From Candidatus Methylomirabilales bacterium (GTDB lineage Bacteria > Methylomirabilota > Methylomirabilia > Methylomirabilales > CSP1-5), in assembly GCA_046758505.1 (NCBI GenBank), contig JBHIAH010000018.1:1-38843 (forward strand): 38,843 nt of DNA. Reading direction: 5' to 3'. Shown one piece after another: positions 1 through 8,206 of the stretch. A program made the position numbers and the translations under genes. Under the pieces are notes generated by a model that was not told the origin of the DNA, did no database searches, and worked only from the letters and a program-made list of their open reading frames with translations. Every line of letters begins with the position of its first letter. The stretch's first letter is position 1.

Positions 1-25
1 GGATGGTCAGGAACCTGGGGACCAT
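1..25 (-). CDS. 5' end of a CDS running off the left edge (MVPRFLTI...)
   Basis: Minus strand GGAGGAG-ccg-ATG GTC CCC AGG TTC CTG ACC ATC, downstream of a promoter-like site at 164-193. Product cannot be identified. Confidence 0.5.
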
Positions 26-163
26 CGGCTCCTCCGGGCGCGGGGACGCGGGGCGCGTCTCGTCAGCCTCTAGGAGTGGCCGGTTACTCACGAGCGAGGC
101 CCGTGAGACACATCTCCGGCAAACGCGGGAACCCTTCGGAACCCAGGAGAAAAAAGCCTGGCG

Positions 164-193
164 ACGCTACCACAAGGGAGCGAGGGGTGTCAA
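164..193 (-). promoter_or_regulatory. sigma70-like promoter
   Basis: TTGACA-N18-TAGCGT on the minus strand, followed by a ~130-nt leader. Confidence 0.5.
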
Positions 194-206
194 GGTTTTT
201 TTGGCT

Positions 207-869
207 TTAGTCCTGCTCCATCAAGATGACGGTAAAGCCATGCGTGGCCACTTGTGTGGCGATGGGTCGTGCCCCCCCGCGGCTGTCAAAGCTTCCCACG
301 CGAACCCGATAAAAGGTTGCTCCGCCCACGCTGACCTTACTAATGTAGGCTCCCGAAATCAGCGCATCGAGCTGGGCCTTCAGGGCAACCGCGTTTCGTG
401 CATCCGCAAAGGAACCGACCTGCAATGTAAACCCCCGTGGCGCTTTCACGAGGCGCGACGGAGGAGCCTGGAGAGGCCAGACATGGACCCGCGCCACCCC
501 TTGCTTCACCATGCCGATGGCCCGGGCCGCCGCGTACGAGAGATCGATGATCCGACCCCGGACAAAAGGCCCCCGATCGTTCACCCGGACCTGAATCGAG
601 CGGCCGTTTTCCAGGTTCGTAACCGCCACCCACGAGCCGAGTGGAAGGGTTCGGTGCGCGGCCGTGAGCTGGTGCATATCGAAGACCTCCCCACTCGCCG
701 TGCGACGGCCGTGAAACTTCCGCCCGTACCACGAGGCGATTCCCACCTCGCCTCCTCGGACGGGCGGCCTGATCCGGGGACCCGCACAGGCAGCCACGGC
801 AAGGAGAAAGAGAAGGAGGCCCCCTCCCCGGCTGAGCAAATACAGTCGTCCGCCGACGCGACCGCCCAT
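207..869 (-). CDS. rlpA: Septal ring lytic transglycosylase RlpA (DPBB + SPOR lipoprotein)
   Basis: Motifs GIASWYG, TASGEVFDMHQLTAAHRTLP and VRVNDRGPF..RIIDLS; C-terminal SPOR (LQVGSF..YRVRVGSF); lipobox VAAC; GGAGG before the ATG at 869. Confidence 0.92.
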   Translation of the reverse strand: MGGRVGGRLYLLSRGGGLLLFLLAVAACAGPRIRPPVRGGEVGIASWYGRKFHGRRTASGEVFDMHQLTAAHRTLPLGSWVAVTNLENGRSIQVRVNDRGPFVRGRIIDLSYAAARAIGMVKQGVARVHVWPLQAPPSRLVKAPRGFTLQVGSFADARNAVALKAQLDALISGAYISKVSVGGATFYRVRVGSFDSRGGARPIATQVATHGFTVILMEQD

Positions 870-909
870 ACTCGCCAACCTCCCTCCCCCTTGTATCGAC
901 ATCCTGCCA

Positions 910-938
910 AATGTACTGGCCCCTCCCTCTTCTGTCAA
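910..938 (-). promoter_or_regulatory. sigma70 promoter of rlpA
   Basis: TTGACA-N17-TACATT on the minus strand. Confidence 0.6.
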
Positions 939-1008
939 GGCGAGGAACCGGGGAATTGGATTGCCTCTTGCATACTGGGGCGTGGCGGAAGAAGATGATA
1001 AACGCATT

Positions 1009-1035
1009 TAACCTTTCGCCTCCTCCAGCGTCTAA
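1009..1035 (+). promoter_or_regulatory. ECF-type promoter, likely autoregulatory
   Basis: TAACC-N15-CGTCTAA immediately before the RBS of the ECF sigma gene; AAC...CGT(C) is the typical ECF promoter signature. Confidence 0.5.
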
Positions 1036-1050
1036 ACGGGCAGGAGGGAG

Positions 1051-1623
1051 GTGAAGCGGCCTTCGGAGGGACCCGAGGTGAAGGAGGGGGATCGTGCCCT
1101 GATTGCACAAATCCGGCAGGGCGACCAGACCGCCTTCGACACCCTGGTCCGCCGGCACCAAAAGGATCTGTACCGATTGGCCTATCGGATGACGCGAAAC
1201 GCTGACGATGCAAAGGATCTTTCCCAGGAGGCCTTCATCCGGGCCTACCGGGGCCTGGCGAGCTTCGATGGACGCTCGAGCCTCTCGACGTGGCTCTATC
1301 GGATCACGGTGAATCTGTGCCTCACCCATCTCAGACACCAGAGCACCTCGGGTGAGGGGAAGCTGCCCGAGTCCTATCCGGATCCGTCTCCCAAGCCCCT
1401 GGTTGTACTGGAGGAGCGAGAGCTCTACCGGGCCGTCGGCGAGGCCGTTGCGGGGTTGCCGCCGCAACAGCAAGCCACCCTCGTGCTTCGCGTTCACCAT
1501 GGCCTCCCTTACCGGGAGATCGCCGAGATCCTTGAGAGCACGGAAGGGACGGTGCGGGCGAACTACTTCCATGCGGTCGCGAACTTGCGATCCCAGCTCA
1601 CGGACCTCCGTGAGCGTACGTGA
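1051..1623 (+). CDS. ECF-family RNA polymerase sigma factor
   Basis: DAKDLSQEAFIRAY, STWLYRITVN and LPYREIAEILESTEGTV region 2/4 motifs; GGAGG RBS. Confidence 0.93.
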   Translation: MKRPSEGPEVKEGDRALIAQIRQGDQTAFDTLVRRHQKDLYRLAYRMTRNADDAKDLSQEAFIRAYRGLASFDGRSSLSTWLYRITVNLCLTHLRHQSTSGEGKLPESYPDPSPKPLVVLEERELYRAVGEAVAGLPPQQQATLVLRVHHGLPYREIAEILESTEGTVRANYFHAVANLRSQLTDLRERT

Positions 1624-2150
1624 GGGCTGTCATGCAATGTGATGCCTGCCGAAGCAAGCTTTTCGAATACCTGGACGGGGGCCTGACCGGGGCCGACCAG
1701 GCCGAATTGGAAGCCCATCTGAGCCACTGTCCCGGGTGTCGAGCAGAGTTGCAAGACCTCCGAGAGACGGTGGCACTCGTTGCGGGGCTGCCGGCGCCGG
1801 AGCCGCCCGAGGCCTTCTGGCAACAGTATCTTCGAGAGCTTCGACAGAGGGTCGCGCCGGCCCCGCGGCTCCCTCGGCTGCGGAACTGGTTTGCCGGACT
1901 GGCGATGCGCCCCGTTCCGGCCCTGGCGGTCGGGATCGCGGTGATATTGGCAGTCTTCCTGACGTGGACCGGCGGCCCGGAGCGGCCGCCGATGCCAGAA
2001 CTCGCGTCGCTCAACCTAGCCCAACAGGTGGCCCTGAGCGAGGACCTCGACCTGCTCCGGGAGATGGACTTGCTGGAGGCGATCGAGCTCCTCGAAGACT
2101 GGGACGTGATTCGCTCCAGCGCCATCTCGAGTCCGCGAAGGGCGACTTGA
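1620..2150 (+). CDS. Zinc-binding (ZAS/zf-HC2) transmembrane anti-sigma factor
   Basis: HLSHCPGC (HxxxCxxC), one TM helix, overlaps the sigma stop codon (GTGA); alternative ATG at 1632. Confidence 0.85.
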   Translation: MRAVMQCDACRSKLFEYLDGGLTGADQAELEAHLSHCPGCRAELQDLRETVALVAGLPAPEPPEAFWQQYLRELRQRVAPAPRLPRLRNWFAGLAMRPVPALAVGIAVILAVFLTWTGGPERPPMPELASLNLAQQVALSEDLDLLREMDLLEAIELLEDWDVIRSSAISSPRRAT

Positions 2151-2151
2151 G

Positions 2152-2406
2152 ATGCGTCGTGGGTGGACGGTGTTGTTCCTCCTCGGTCTCTTTGGAACGA
2201 TGACGGGGGTACCCGGGTGGAGTGAAGAGCCGAGATCGACCCCCCGGCAAGACACACGGGAGGACGAGACGATCCTCCAGGATTTAGAGATGGTGAAGGA
2301 GCTGGAGATGCTGGACATGCTGACGATGCTTCAAGAAATGGAGATCCTGAGAGAAATGGGTCCCATCCTATCTCCAAGCACGCAGAGAGAGGAAGGGATA
2401 CAATGA
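2152..2406 (+). CDS. Small exported hypothetical protein
   Basis: Signal-peptide-like N-terminus and acidic repeats resembling the anti-sigma C-terminus; tightly coupled to both neighbours. Confidence 0.65.
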   Translation: MRRGWTVLFLLGLFGTMTGVPGWSEEPRSTPRQDTREDETILQDLEMVKELEMLDMLTMLQEMEILREMGPILSPSTQREEGIQ

Positions 2407-3083
2407 GAAGGATCGTGGCATCACTCCTCGGGTGTGCGCTCCTTCTGCCGGCCGCGACTCTCACATGGGCCCAGAACCCCGAGTCCCGCGCACCGCTCCG
2501 GAGGTCCTTTGCGCAATCGCCACCCCCTTCGGGACAAGGGTCTCGGCAGGAGGAGCTCCGCCGGTGGTGGCGAAACCTTTCTCCCGAGGAAAAGCACCGC
2601 CTGAGAAAACTCCATCGACGATGGCAGGGGCTTACCCCAGAGCAACAGCAGGCCCTGCGCAAGCGACTCAAAACCTTCCGGCGCCTTCCACCCGACGAGC
2701 AGCAGCGCATGCGCGAGCGATTCCGCCGGTGGCGGGAGCTTCCTCCGGCGGAGCAGCAACGCATGCGCGAACGGTTCCGCCGGTGGCGGGAGCTTCCCCC
2801 GGAACGACGCCAGGCTCTTCGAGAGCGGTTCCGGCAATTCCGCAACCTGCCCCCCGAGGAGCGGGACCGCATCCGCAAAAGGTGGCGACGCTTCCGGGCG
2901 CTTCCTCCCGAGGAGCGTCAACGCCTGCGCCGGGAGCGGCAAGAGCGCCGGCGGCGTTTCGAGCAACTCCCCCCTGAGGAGCGTCAGCGCCTGCGCCGGG
3001 AGCGGCAAGAGCGACGCCTTCACGAACGCGGACGCGACCGCCCCCGCCGCACCCCGCACGGTCGGCCACACCGCGATCGGTGA
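2403..3083 (+). CDS. DUF3106-like periplasmic repeat protein
   Basis: Signal peptide followed by ~18-aa W/F-xxLPPEERxRxRERxRR repeats; common partner of ECF/anti-sigma operons; ATGA overlap. Confidence 0.8.
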   Translation: MRRIVASLLGCALLLPAATLTWAQNPESRAPLRRSFAQSPPPSGQGSRQEELRRWWRNLSPEEKHRLRKLHRRWQGLTPEQQQALRKRLKTFRRLPPDEQQRMRERFRRWRELPPAEQQRMRERFRRWRELPPERRQALRERFRQFRNLPPEERDRIRKRWRRFRALPPEERQRLRRERQERRRRFEQLPPEERQRLRRERQERRLHERGRDRPRRTPHGRPHRDR

Positions 3084-3237
3084 CCCGCCCAGCGTCCCTT
3101 CCGGCCACGGCACCCGGTTCTCTTCCCGATACTGCTTGTCCCCTACCTTGAACACCCCAAGGCTCCGCAGGGCATGTTCCCGCTTTTCCTTGGCAGATCG
3201 GCGCGGCCATGGTACAGGAACAACGGAGGATAGAGGC

Positions 3238-4389
3238 ATGCGCTGGGAGGACTTCGACCCGGCAATCGAGCGACTCTACACAGCGAACCTCCGGCTCGTC
3301 CCCGGTGAGCGGGTCCTTGTCCTAACCGACCGCATACGGCGGGACGAGGTCCTGAGCCCTCCAGAGCGCACCCGTCGCGACGCGCTGCCCCGCCTCGCCG
3401 AGCGTATCGCCACCCTCGGAAAGCGCTGGGGGAAGACGCGGCTGGTTTCCTACCCCGCAGCCGGCTCCCACGGGGAGGAGCCCCCGACACCGGTCTGGGA
3501 GGCTGGCTTCGGGAGTGCGGCGATTCAGAAATTGACGGAGGAGAAAGTCTTTGCCAAGGTCCTCGCCAAGGAGATCACCGCAGTCGAGTGCGAACAGGTG
3601 GCGGGGTATCTCGAACGCTTCAAAGACGAGGCCGTCGACGTCGTCATCGCCCTCGCCAATTTCTCGACCTCCCACACGCAGTTTCGCACCCTCGTCACGA
3701 CGGCCGGACGGGCCCGGTACGCAAGCATGCCCCTCTTCGCTCCCGAGATGTTCGCAGGCCCTATGGCTGCCGACTGGCCACAGGTCGCCGAGCGGAGCGA
3801 GGCGGTGGCCCGCCGCCTGACGCGGGCTGAGTCGGCAGAGATCCAAACCCCGGCGGGGACCCGCCTTCGGCTGTCACTCGGCAACCGTCAGGGGCATGCG
3901 GATACCGGCCTCCTCTGGCAGGGGGGAAACTTCGGCAACCTGCCAGCCGGCGAGGCCTACATTGCCCCCGTCGAGGAGACTGCCGAGGGGAGGCTGGTCA
4001 TCGAGCACGGGCCCACCGGTCCCCTCGAGGGGCCGATCAGCATCCCCATCCACCGAGGGCGGGCGACGGCGGTCGAGGGGCACGGGGACCACGCCGCCTT
4101 TCTCGCCGGAAAGCTCCAAGACGCTCCCCTGAACGGGACCGTTGCCGAACTGGGCGTGGGGACGAACGATCGAGCCATCAATCCCTACAACATCCTCGAG
4201 GCGGAGAAGATCCTGGGGACGGTGCACGTCGCCTTCGGGGATAATAGCACGTTCGGAGGAACGGTGCGGACTCCGTTCCACCTCGACCACGTCCTCTTCA
4301 GGCCGACCCTGACCCTGTCCTACGCCGACGGCTCCTCCGAGACCCTGCTGAAAGACGGCACGCTCCAGAACGCGCCGCTCCGGGTGTAG
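3238..4389 (+). CDS. Aminopeptidase, peptidase M29 / aminopeptidase T-like
   Basis: GNLPAGEAYIAP, AELGVGTN, EAEKILGTVHVAFGDNSTFGG and HLD motifs; GGAGG..GAGG before the ATG at 3238. Confidence 0.88.
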   Translation: MRWEDFDPAIERLYTANLRLVPGERVLVLTDRIRRDEVLSPPERTRRDALPRLAERIATLGKRWGKTRLVSYPAAGSHGEEPPTPVWEAGFGSAAIQKLTEEKVFAKVLAKEITAVECEQVAGYLERFKDEAVDVVIALANFSTSHTQFRTLVTTAGRARYASMPLFAPEMFAGPMAADWPQVAERSEAVARRLTRAESAEIQTPAGTRLRLSLGNRQGHADTGLLWQGGNFGNLPAGEAYIAPVEETAEGRLVIEHGPTGPLEGPISIPIHRGRATAVEGHGDHAAFLAGKLQDAPLNGTVAELGVGTNDRAINPYNILEAEKILGTVHVAFGDNSTFGGTVRTPFHLDHVLFRPTLTLSYADGSSETLLKDGTLQNAPLRV

Positions 4390-4404
4390 GACAGCGCATC
4401 GTGC

Positions 4405-4584
4405 CTACCGAAAACTCCGCGATCGATACGCCATCCATACCGCCAGCGCGAGCAAGGCCGCCAGGATGACCGAGGCGAGAAGACCGGGATGCAGCTGGGG
4501 CAGCCGATCCTCGATGTCGACAAATTCGACCGCGGGCACCCCGACCAGCACCAGGGCGAGCACCGTGCAGACTGAGACTGCCAT
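4405..4584 (-). CDS. Small 2-TM membrane protein, 59 aa (not in ORF track)
   Basis: Read by hand: MAVSVCTVLALVLVGVPAVEFVDIEDRLPQLHPGLLASVILAALLALAVWMAYRSRSFR; AAAGG before the ATG; GC3-rich codons. Confidence 0.6.
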   Translation of the reverse strand: MAVSVCTVLALVLVGVPAVEFVDIEDRLPQLHPGLLASVILAALLALAVWMAYRSRSFR

Positions 4585-4628
4585 CGCCTTTTCAAACCCC
4601 CATTGTTACGGCGCGTAGACACCGAGTA

Positions 4629-4681
4629 CCCTAAGAACTGGACGACCGGCAGGATGATGAAGGTGGCGCGATCGGTCTGGG
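4629..4681 (-). repeat. Degenerate copy of the 3' end of the HDAC gene (8216-8268)
   Basis: Ungapped 42/53 nt identity by manual alignment; translates QTDRATFIILPVVQFLG versus RTDLATLIIPQVIRRLG. Confidence 0.7.
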
Positions 4682-4710
4682 GACTGCTACCCGACATCGG
4701 GAATCGAGCC

Positions 4711-5115
4711 TCAGCGCAGCCGATCGAGGAATGCTCGCGGAGAGACGATCTGGGTGCCACGAAAGGTCTTGAGGGGTTGAAGGTGCTTCTCATCCCCCGT
4801 TATCAAGAAATCCGCGTGGGCCGCCACCGCGCACTCCAGAATTCGGTGATCTTGGTCATGTACGAGGATACCCGAGAGTCTAACCGATGGTCTCACCAGC
4901 GAGGCGAGCGCCTGTGCCTCAGCCAGGGCGTCCCGGACCTGGGGTGGCGGCCAGCCAAAGGTGTGCGCGAGCACGTCCTTCAGCTCTGTCCGAATCGCCG
5001 GACAAAGAAAAAACTCCACGACCCCCGCCCTCGCGAGTACGAGAATCGCTTCGCACGTCCCCCCAAAGACGATGGCTGACACGTAGACATTCGTGTCTGC
5101 AACGACTCGGATCAC
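4711..5115 (-). CDS. PIN-domain toxin (VapC-like)
   Basis: RVVADTNVYVSA, DQDHRILECAV and LITGDEKHL PIN motifs; overlaps the antitoxin stop. Confidence 0.9.
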   Translation of the reverse strand: MIRVVADTNVYVSAIVFGGTCEAILVLARAGVVEFFLCPAIRTELKDVLAHTFGWPPPQVRDALAEAQALASLVRPSVRLSGILVHDQDHRILECAVAAHADFLITGDEKHLQPLKTFRGTQIVSPRAFLDRLR

Positions 5116-5369
5116 TCCCGGCGCTTCCCCCGCCTGGCCCGCACCTCGTCGAGCAGCAGCTGGAGATCAGCCTCGCTTTTCAGTCCGAGCCGCTCAGCCG
5201 TGTCGGTGCCCCACTGGCGCAGCCGCTGCCAGCGGCGGGAAGCGATGTACTGCCGGAGGGCATCGCGAATCAGTTCACTCCGGGTGCGGGCCTCCTCCTT
5301 GGCAACCCGTTGCGCCTCCTGGAGTAGGTCGGCCGGCAGGGAGATCGTGATCGGTTTGGTGGTGCGCAT
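5112..5369 (-). CDS. Ribbon-helix-helix (CopG-like) antitoxin
   Basis: ITISLP..L....RVAKEEARTRSELIRDALRQY; directly upstream of the PIN gene. Confidence 0.88.
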   Translation of the reverse strand: MRTTKPITISLPADLLQEAQRVAKEEARTRSELIRDALRQYIASRRWQRLRQWGTDTAERLGLKSEADLQLLLDEVRARRGKRRE

Positions 5370-5401
5370 AACACAGCCCTCGTCTGATGTTACTCTGTAA
5401 T

Positions 5402-5429
5402 ACTCTACCCGGCCCCTTGTGGTTTGTCA
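5402..5429 (-). promoter_or_regulatory. sigma70 promoter of the TA operon
   Basis: TTGACA-N17-TAGAGT on the minus strand. Confidence 0.6.
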
Positions 5430-5588
5430 AGGCGAAACCCTTCCTCGTCTTCGCCCGAGCGGTGGATCCTCTCAGGAATGATGGGGGTAGCGCGATCGCT
5501 CCAGGACCTTGCCCTTTTTGATCCGCCTCGGTACGCGAGAGCCCCGTAATCCGTCTGAACAGGCCGCGCCCCTCCAGCCGGTCCCAAG

Positions 5589-7406
5589 TTACACGCCGGC
5601 TTTGCCCGGGGAAGGGGTCGCACCATCCGAATCGGGGGGCTCGAGGAGGCGCGGATCGGGATGACGCCACCGCTCCAACTCCTGGTCGCCGGCGTGCACT
5701 TCCTCGAGGACCTTCACCGCATCAGCGATGATCTCTTGATCTTTCTCCACAACAAGCGCGAGCTCCAGGGCCTTCTCGAAATATCGATAGCCCTCGTCGA
5801 ACGCCCCATACCGCACGAGGCTCAGGGCGAGGTCCCGATGCCCGTTGATATAGCCGGGGTCCAGCCGGATGGCCATACGGCCATGGTAACGGCACCGATC
5901 CAGGTACGTCTCCCCCTTCTGCTTTCGGTACCACGGGGCCGCATAGAGGAGGCACAGATTCGCATGGGTGAGCTTGTTCCTGTCGTTCAGGCTGAGGGAG
6001 TTGCGAAAGTATTTCTCGGCATTGACGGCGGGATTTCCTACGAGCTCCGGAGGGATCCCGTCCTCCGGTTTCAGCTCTTCCACGCCCCACTCCGCCAACT
6101 TGAGCAACACCCAGCCCAGGTTGTTGTGAAACGTCCCGTTGTCCGGTTCTCGCGCGATGGCCTGGAGGTACAAACCGGCCGCGCCCAGAAACCGCTTCCT
6201 CGCATCCTCGCGGGTTTCCTCGGTCCCCTCGTCCACGTGCTGAACCAGGGCGAGGCTCGAGAGGATCCACGGATGCAGAGGCTCTGTGCCCGCCGCCTCC
6301 ACCCAGTCCCGCCGGGCTTGCTCGGCGTGGAGAGAGGCTTTCGCCAGCACATCCGCGTCGCGCTTGGCCAATCGATGAAACCCCTGCGCGTAACAGTGCG
6401 CCAACCCCGTGTTCACGAGGGCCCTCAGCTTTACCTTGTCTGTCTTCAGCGCACGCGTGAAGAGCTGTGTCGCCGTGGCGATCGATTCCCGGGTCCGGTC
6501 GAGCAGGAGCATCGAGCCATAAAAGTAGAGGGCCTCACAATTATCCGCGTCGGCCGCCACCGCACGGGCAAAGCTCTCCTTGGCCTCCGCCATCGCCTGC
6601 TCGCTCGCTGTACGTCGATACCGGTCGAGGCCATCGAGCCCATCCGCAAAATATTTCATGCTCCGCCCCCGCCGCCCCGGGAATGCCTTGCCGTGGACCT
6701 CCAGAACCACGAAGGCGGTCTCCCGCAACAGATCGGCGAGGTCCGTCAGCGTCGTGACGGTCCTGGTCTGGGCGACCACGGTCGCCCCATCACCCGTCTG
6801 CCCATCGCCGTGCGGCGGGACCCTCTCGGGCGAGGCGGGGCGTGATCCCTCGCGGTGAACGAGCAGTTGCGTTTCGTCACCCACGGACACCAGCGAGACA
6901 TGGATCAGGGAAGCCATGTAGCGCCTGCGGAAGGGAACCGGCAGCACCCGGAGGAGTGCCACGAAGAGATTGATGATGGCGCCGACGGGAATCTGGAATG
7001 CTCCCACCTTCACGATCAACTCTTCCTTCAGCTTGAGTTCAGAGAGGGCCGTGATCTCGAGCCCCAGGGGGGCGCTCTCTAATGCACGGCTGATGAGGCG
7101 GAAGCGATCGCCGACGGCTGCGGCCGTATAGAGAGAGGCGTGCCCCCTTCTGTCCTGCCGGAAGGTCTCGACGATCGAGGACAACTGAGCCCGAAGCAGC
7201 AGGCCGGCCTCGCGGGCCCCGAGCTGGTTCGAGATGCCGCCCTTGACCGAGATGGGGGCAAGCCGCATCGCATCCCCCGCCCCCCGCGTCAACCGGCAAT
7301 ACCGGTACGTCGCGTACAGGTACGCGGCGACCACGGTGGTGATGAGCCACCAGTAATTGGTCGACCAGTTCCCAACCAGGGCCAGAACGCGATCCATGCC
7401 CTCCAT
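5589..7406 (-). CDS. Membrane-anchored TPR-repeat protein
   Basis: N-terminal TM; TPR-like helices (EALYFYG, HNNLGWVL, HANLCLLY, HRDLALSL); ATG at 7406 overlaps the upstream stop (TGATG). Confidence 0.75.
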   Translation of the reverse strand: MEGMDRVLALVGNWSTNYWWLITTVVAAYLYATYRYCRLTRGAGDAMRLAPISVKGGISNQLGAREAGLLLRAQLSSIVETFRQDRRGHASLYTAAAVGDRFRLISRALESAPLGLEITALSELKLKEELIVKVGAFQIPVGAIINLFVALLRVLPVPFRRRYMASLIHVSLVSVGDETQLLVHREGSRPASPERVPPHGDGQTGDGATVVAQTRTVTTLTDLADLLRETAFVVLEVHGKAFPGRRGRSMKYFADGLDGLDRYRRTASEQAMAEAKESFARAVAADADNCEALYFYGSMLLLDRTRESIATATQLFTRALKTDKVKLRALVNTGLAHCYAQGFHRLAKRDADVLAKASLHAEQARRDWVEAAGTEPLHPWILSSLALVQHVDEGTEETREDARKRFLGAAGLYLQAIAREPDNGTFHNNLGWVLLKLAEWGVEELKPEDGIPPELVGNPAVNAEKYFRNSLSLNDRNKLTHANLCLLYAAPWYRKQKGETYLDRCRYHGRMAIRLDPGYINGHRDLALSLVRYGAFDEGYRYFEKALELALVVEKDQEIIADAVKVLEEVHAGDQELERWRHPDPRLLEPPDSDGATPSPGKAGV

Positions 7407-8167
7407 CACGGTGCCCCCTCGTGTCCGCCGGGACCGCGCAGCCGGGGGAACGCAGTCGCCTCCCACGCTGCCACAGGCGTGACCCCGTCCGCCAGATACG
7501 TCGTCGCGAGCCAAAAGCGCAAGAACGCCGCGCCAAAATCGGCCGCGCCCTCTCGGCACACCTGATAGTACTCCCCATGCGGTTCGATCGCGTCGCTGGT
7601 CCGCCGCTCCCCGTTCCGGACCTCGTCGGGACAGCAGAGGATATGGGCGAGAAAGGGCGGGTCCTCAATTGCGGTCCACCCGAGGCAGGCGACCGGGACG
7701 AGGTCGTACCCCACCTCGCGCGCCCGCATGGCGGGGATATCTCGCAGAGAAGTGTCCAGCACGATCCCGTTCATCACGTCGTTGATCTCGCGCGTCAGAC
7801 GGACGTTGAGGGCCGCCCGGGCGCGAGGATGCGTCGGTGGGGGGTAGCGCTCGACGCCCGGCGGCATCTGATAATTAAAGATCCGGCGCACCCCGAAGGC
7901 GACCACGGGCCGGCGGCGAACCGGACGGTCATCCCGGAGGGTCCGCGCGGCCGACCCCGAGTTGAGGAGGCTTCCGTAGCCGACGATGGGGAAGTGGGAG
8001 AGACCCCGGCGCGCCATCTCCCCCTCTAGCGATTCCCAGGGATAGGGATAGCTCGGTTCGCGGAGGGCCTCGGCCATCTTTTGCTCGATAGCCCTCCTTT
8101 GGGGGGGGGCCAGGTGGAGACCGTGCCGGTTCAGCAGTTCCATCTGTGTCTCCAGCGAGCAGAGCAC
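7406..8167 (-). CDS. Gamma-glutamylcyclotransferase (GGCT/ChaC)-like protein
   Basis: IVGYGSLLN motif, ALNV..VMNGIV, RAREVGYD; start codon uncertain. Confidence 0.65.
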   Translation of the reverse strand: MLCSLETQMELLNRHGLHLAPPQRRAIEQKMAEALREPSYPYPWESLEGEMARRGLSHFPIVGYGSLLNSGSAARTLRDDRPVRRRPVVAFGVRRIFNYQMPPGVERYPPPTHPRARAALNVRLTREINDVMNGIVLDTSLRDIPAMRAREVGYDLVPVACLGWTAIEDPPFLAHILCCPDEVRNGERRTSDAIEPHGEYYQVCREGAADFGAAFLRFWLATTYLADGVTPVAAWEATAFPRLRGPGGHEGAP

Positions 8168-8206
8168 CCGCCATCAGGCATTGGCTTTGTCCCCATCTCC
8201 TGGCGG

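Noticed and set aside
140..170. AAAAGCCTGGCGACG resembling a 5S rRNA end, and GGGTTCCG resembling ykkC
   Set aside because: Flanking sequence does not continue either RNA.
2690..3020. ~54-bp tandem repeats
   Set aside because: Coding repeats of the DUF3106-like protein.
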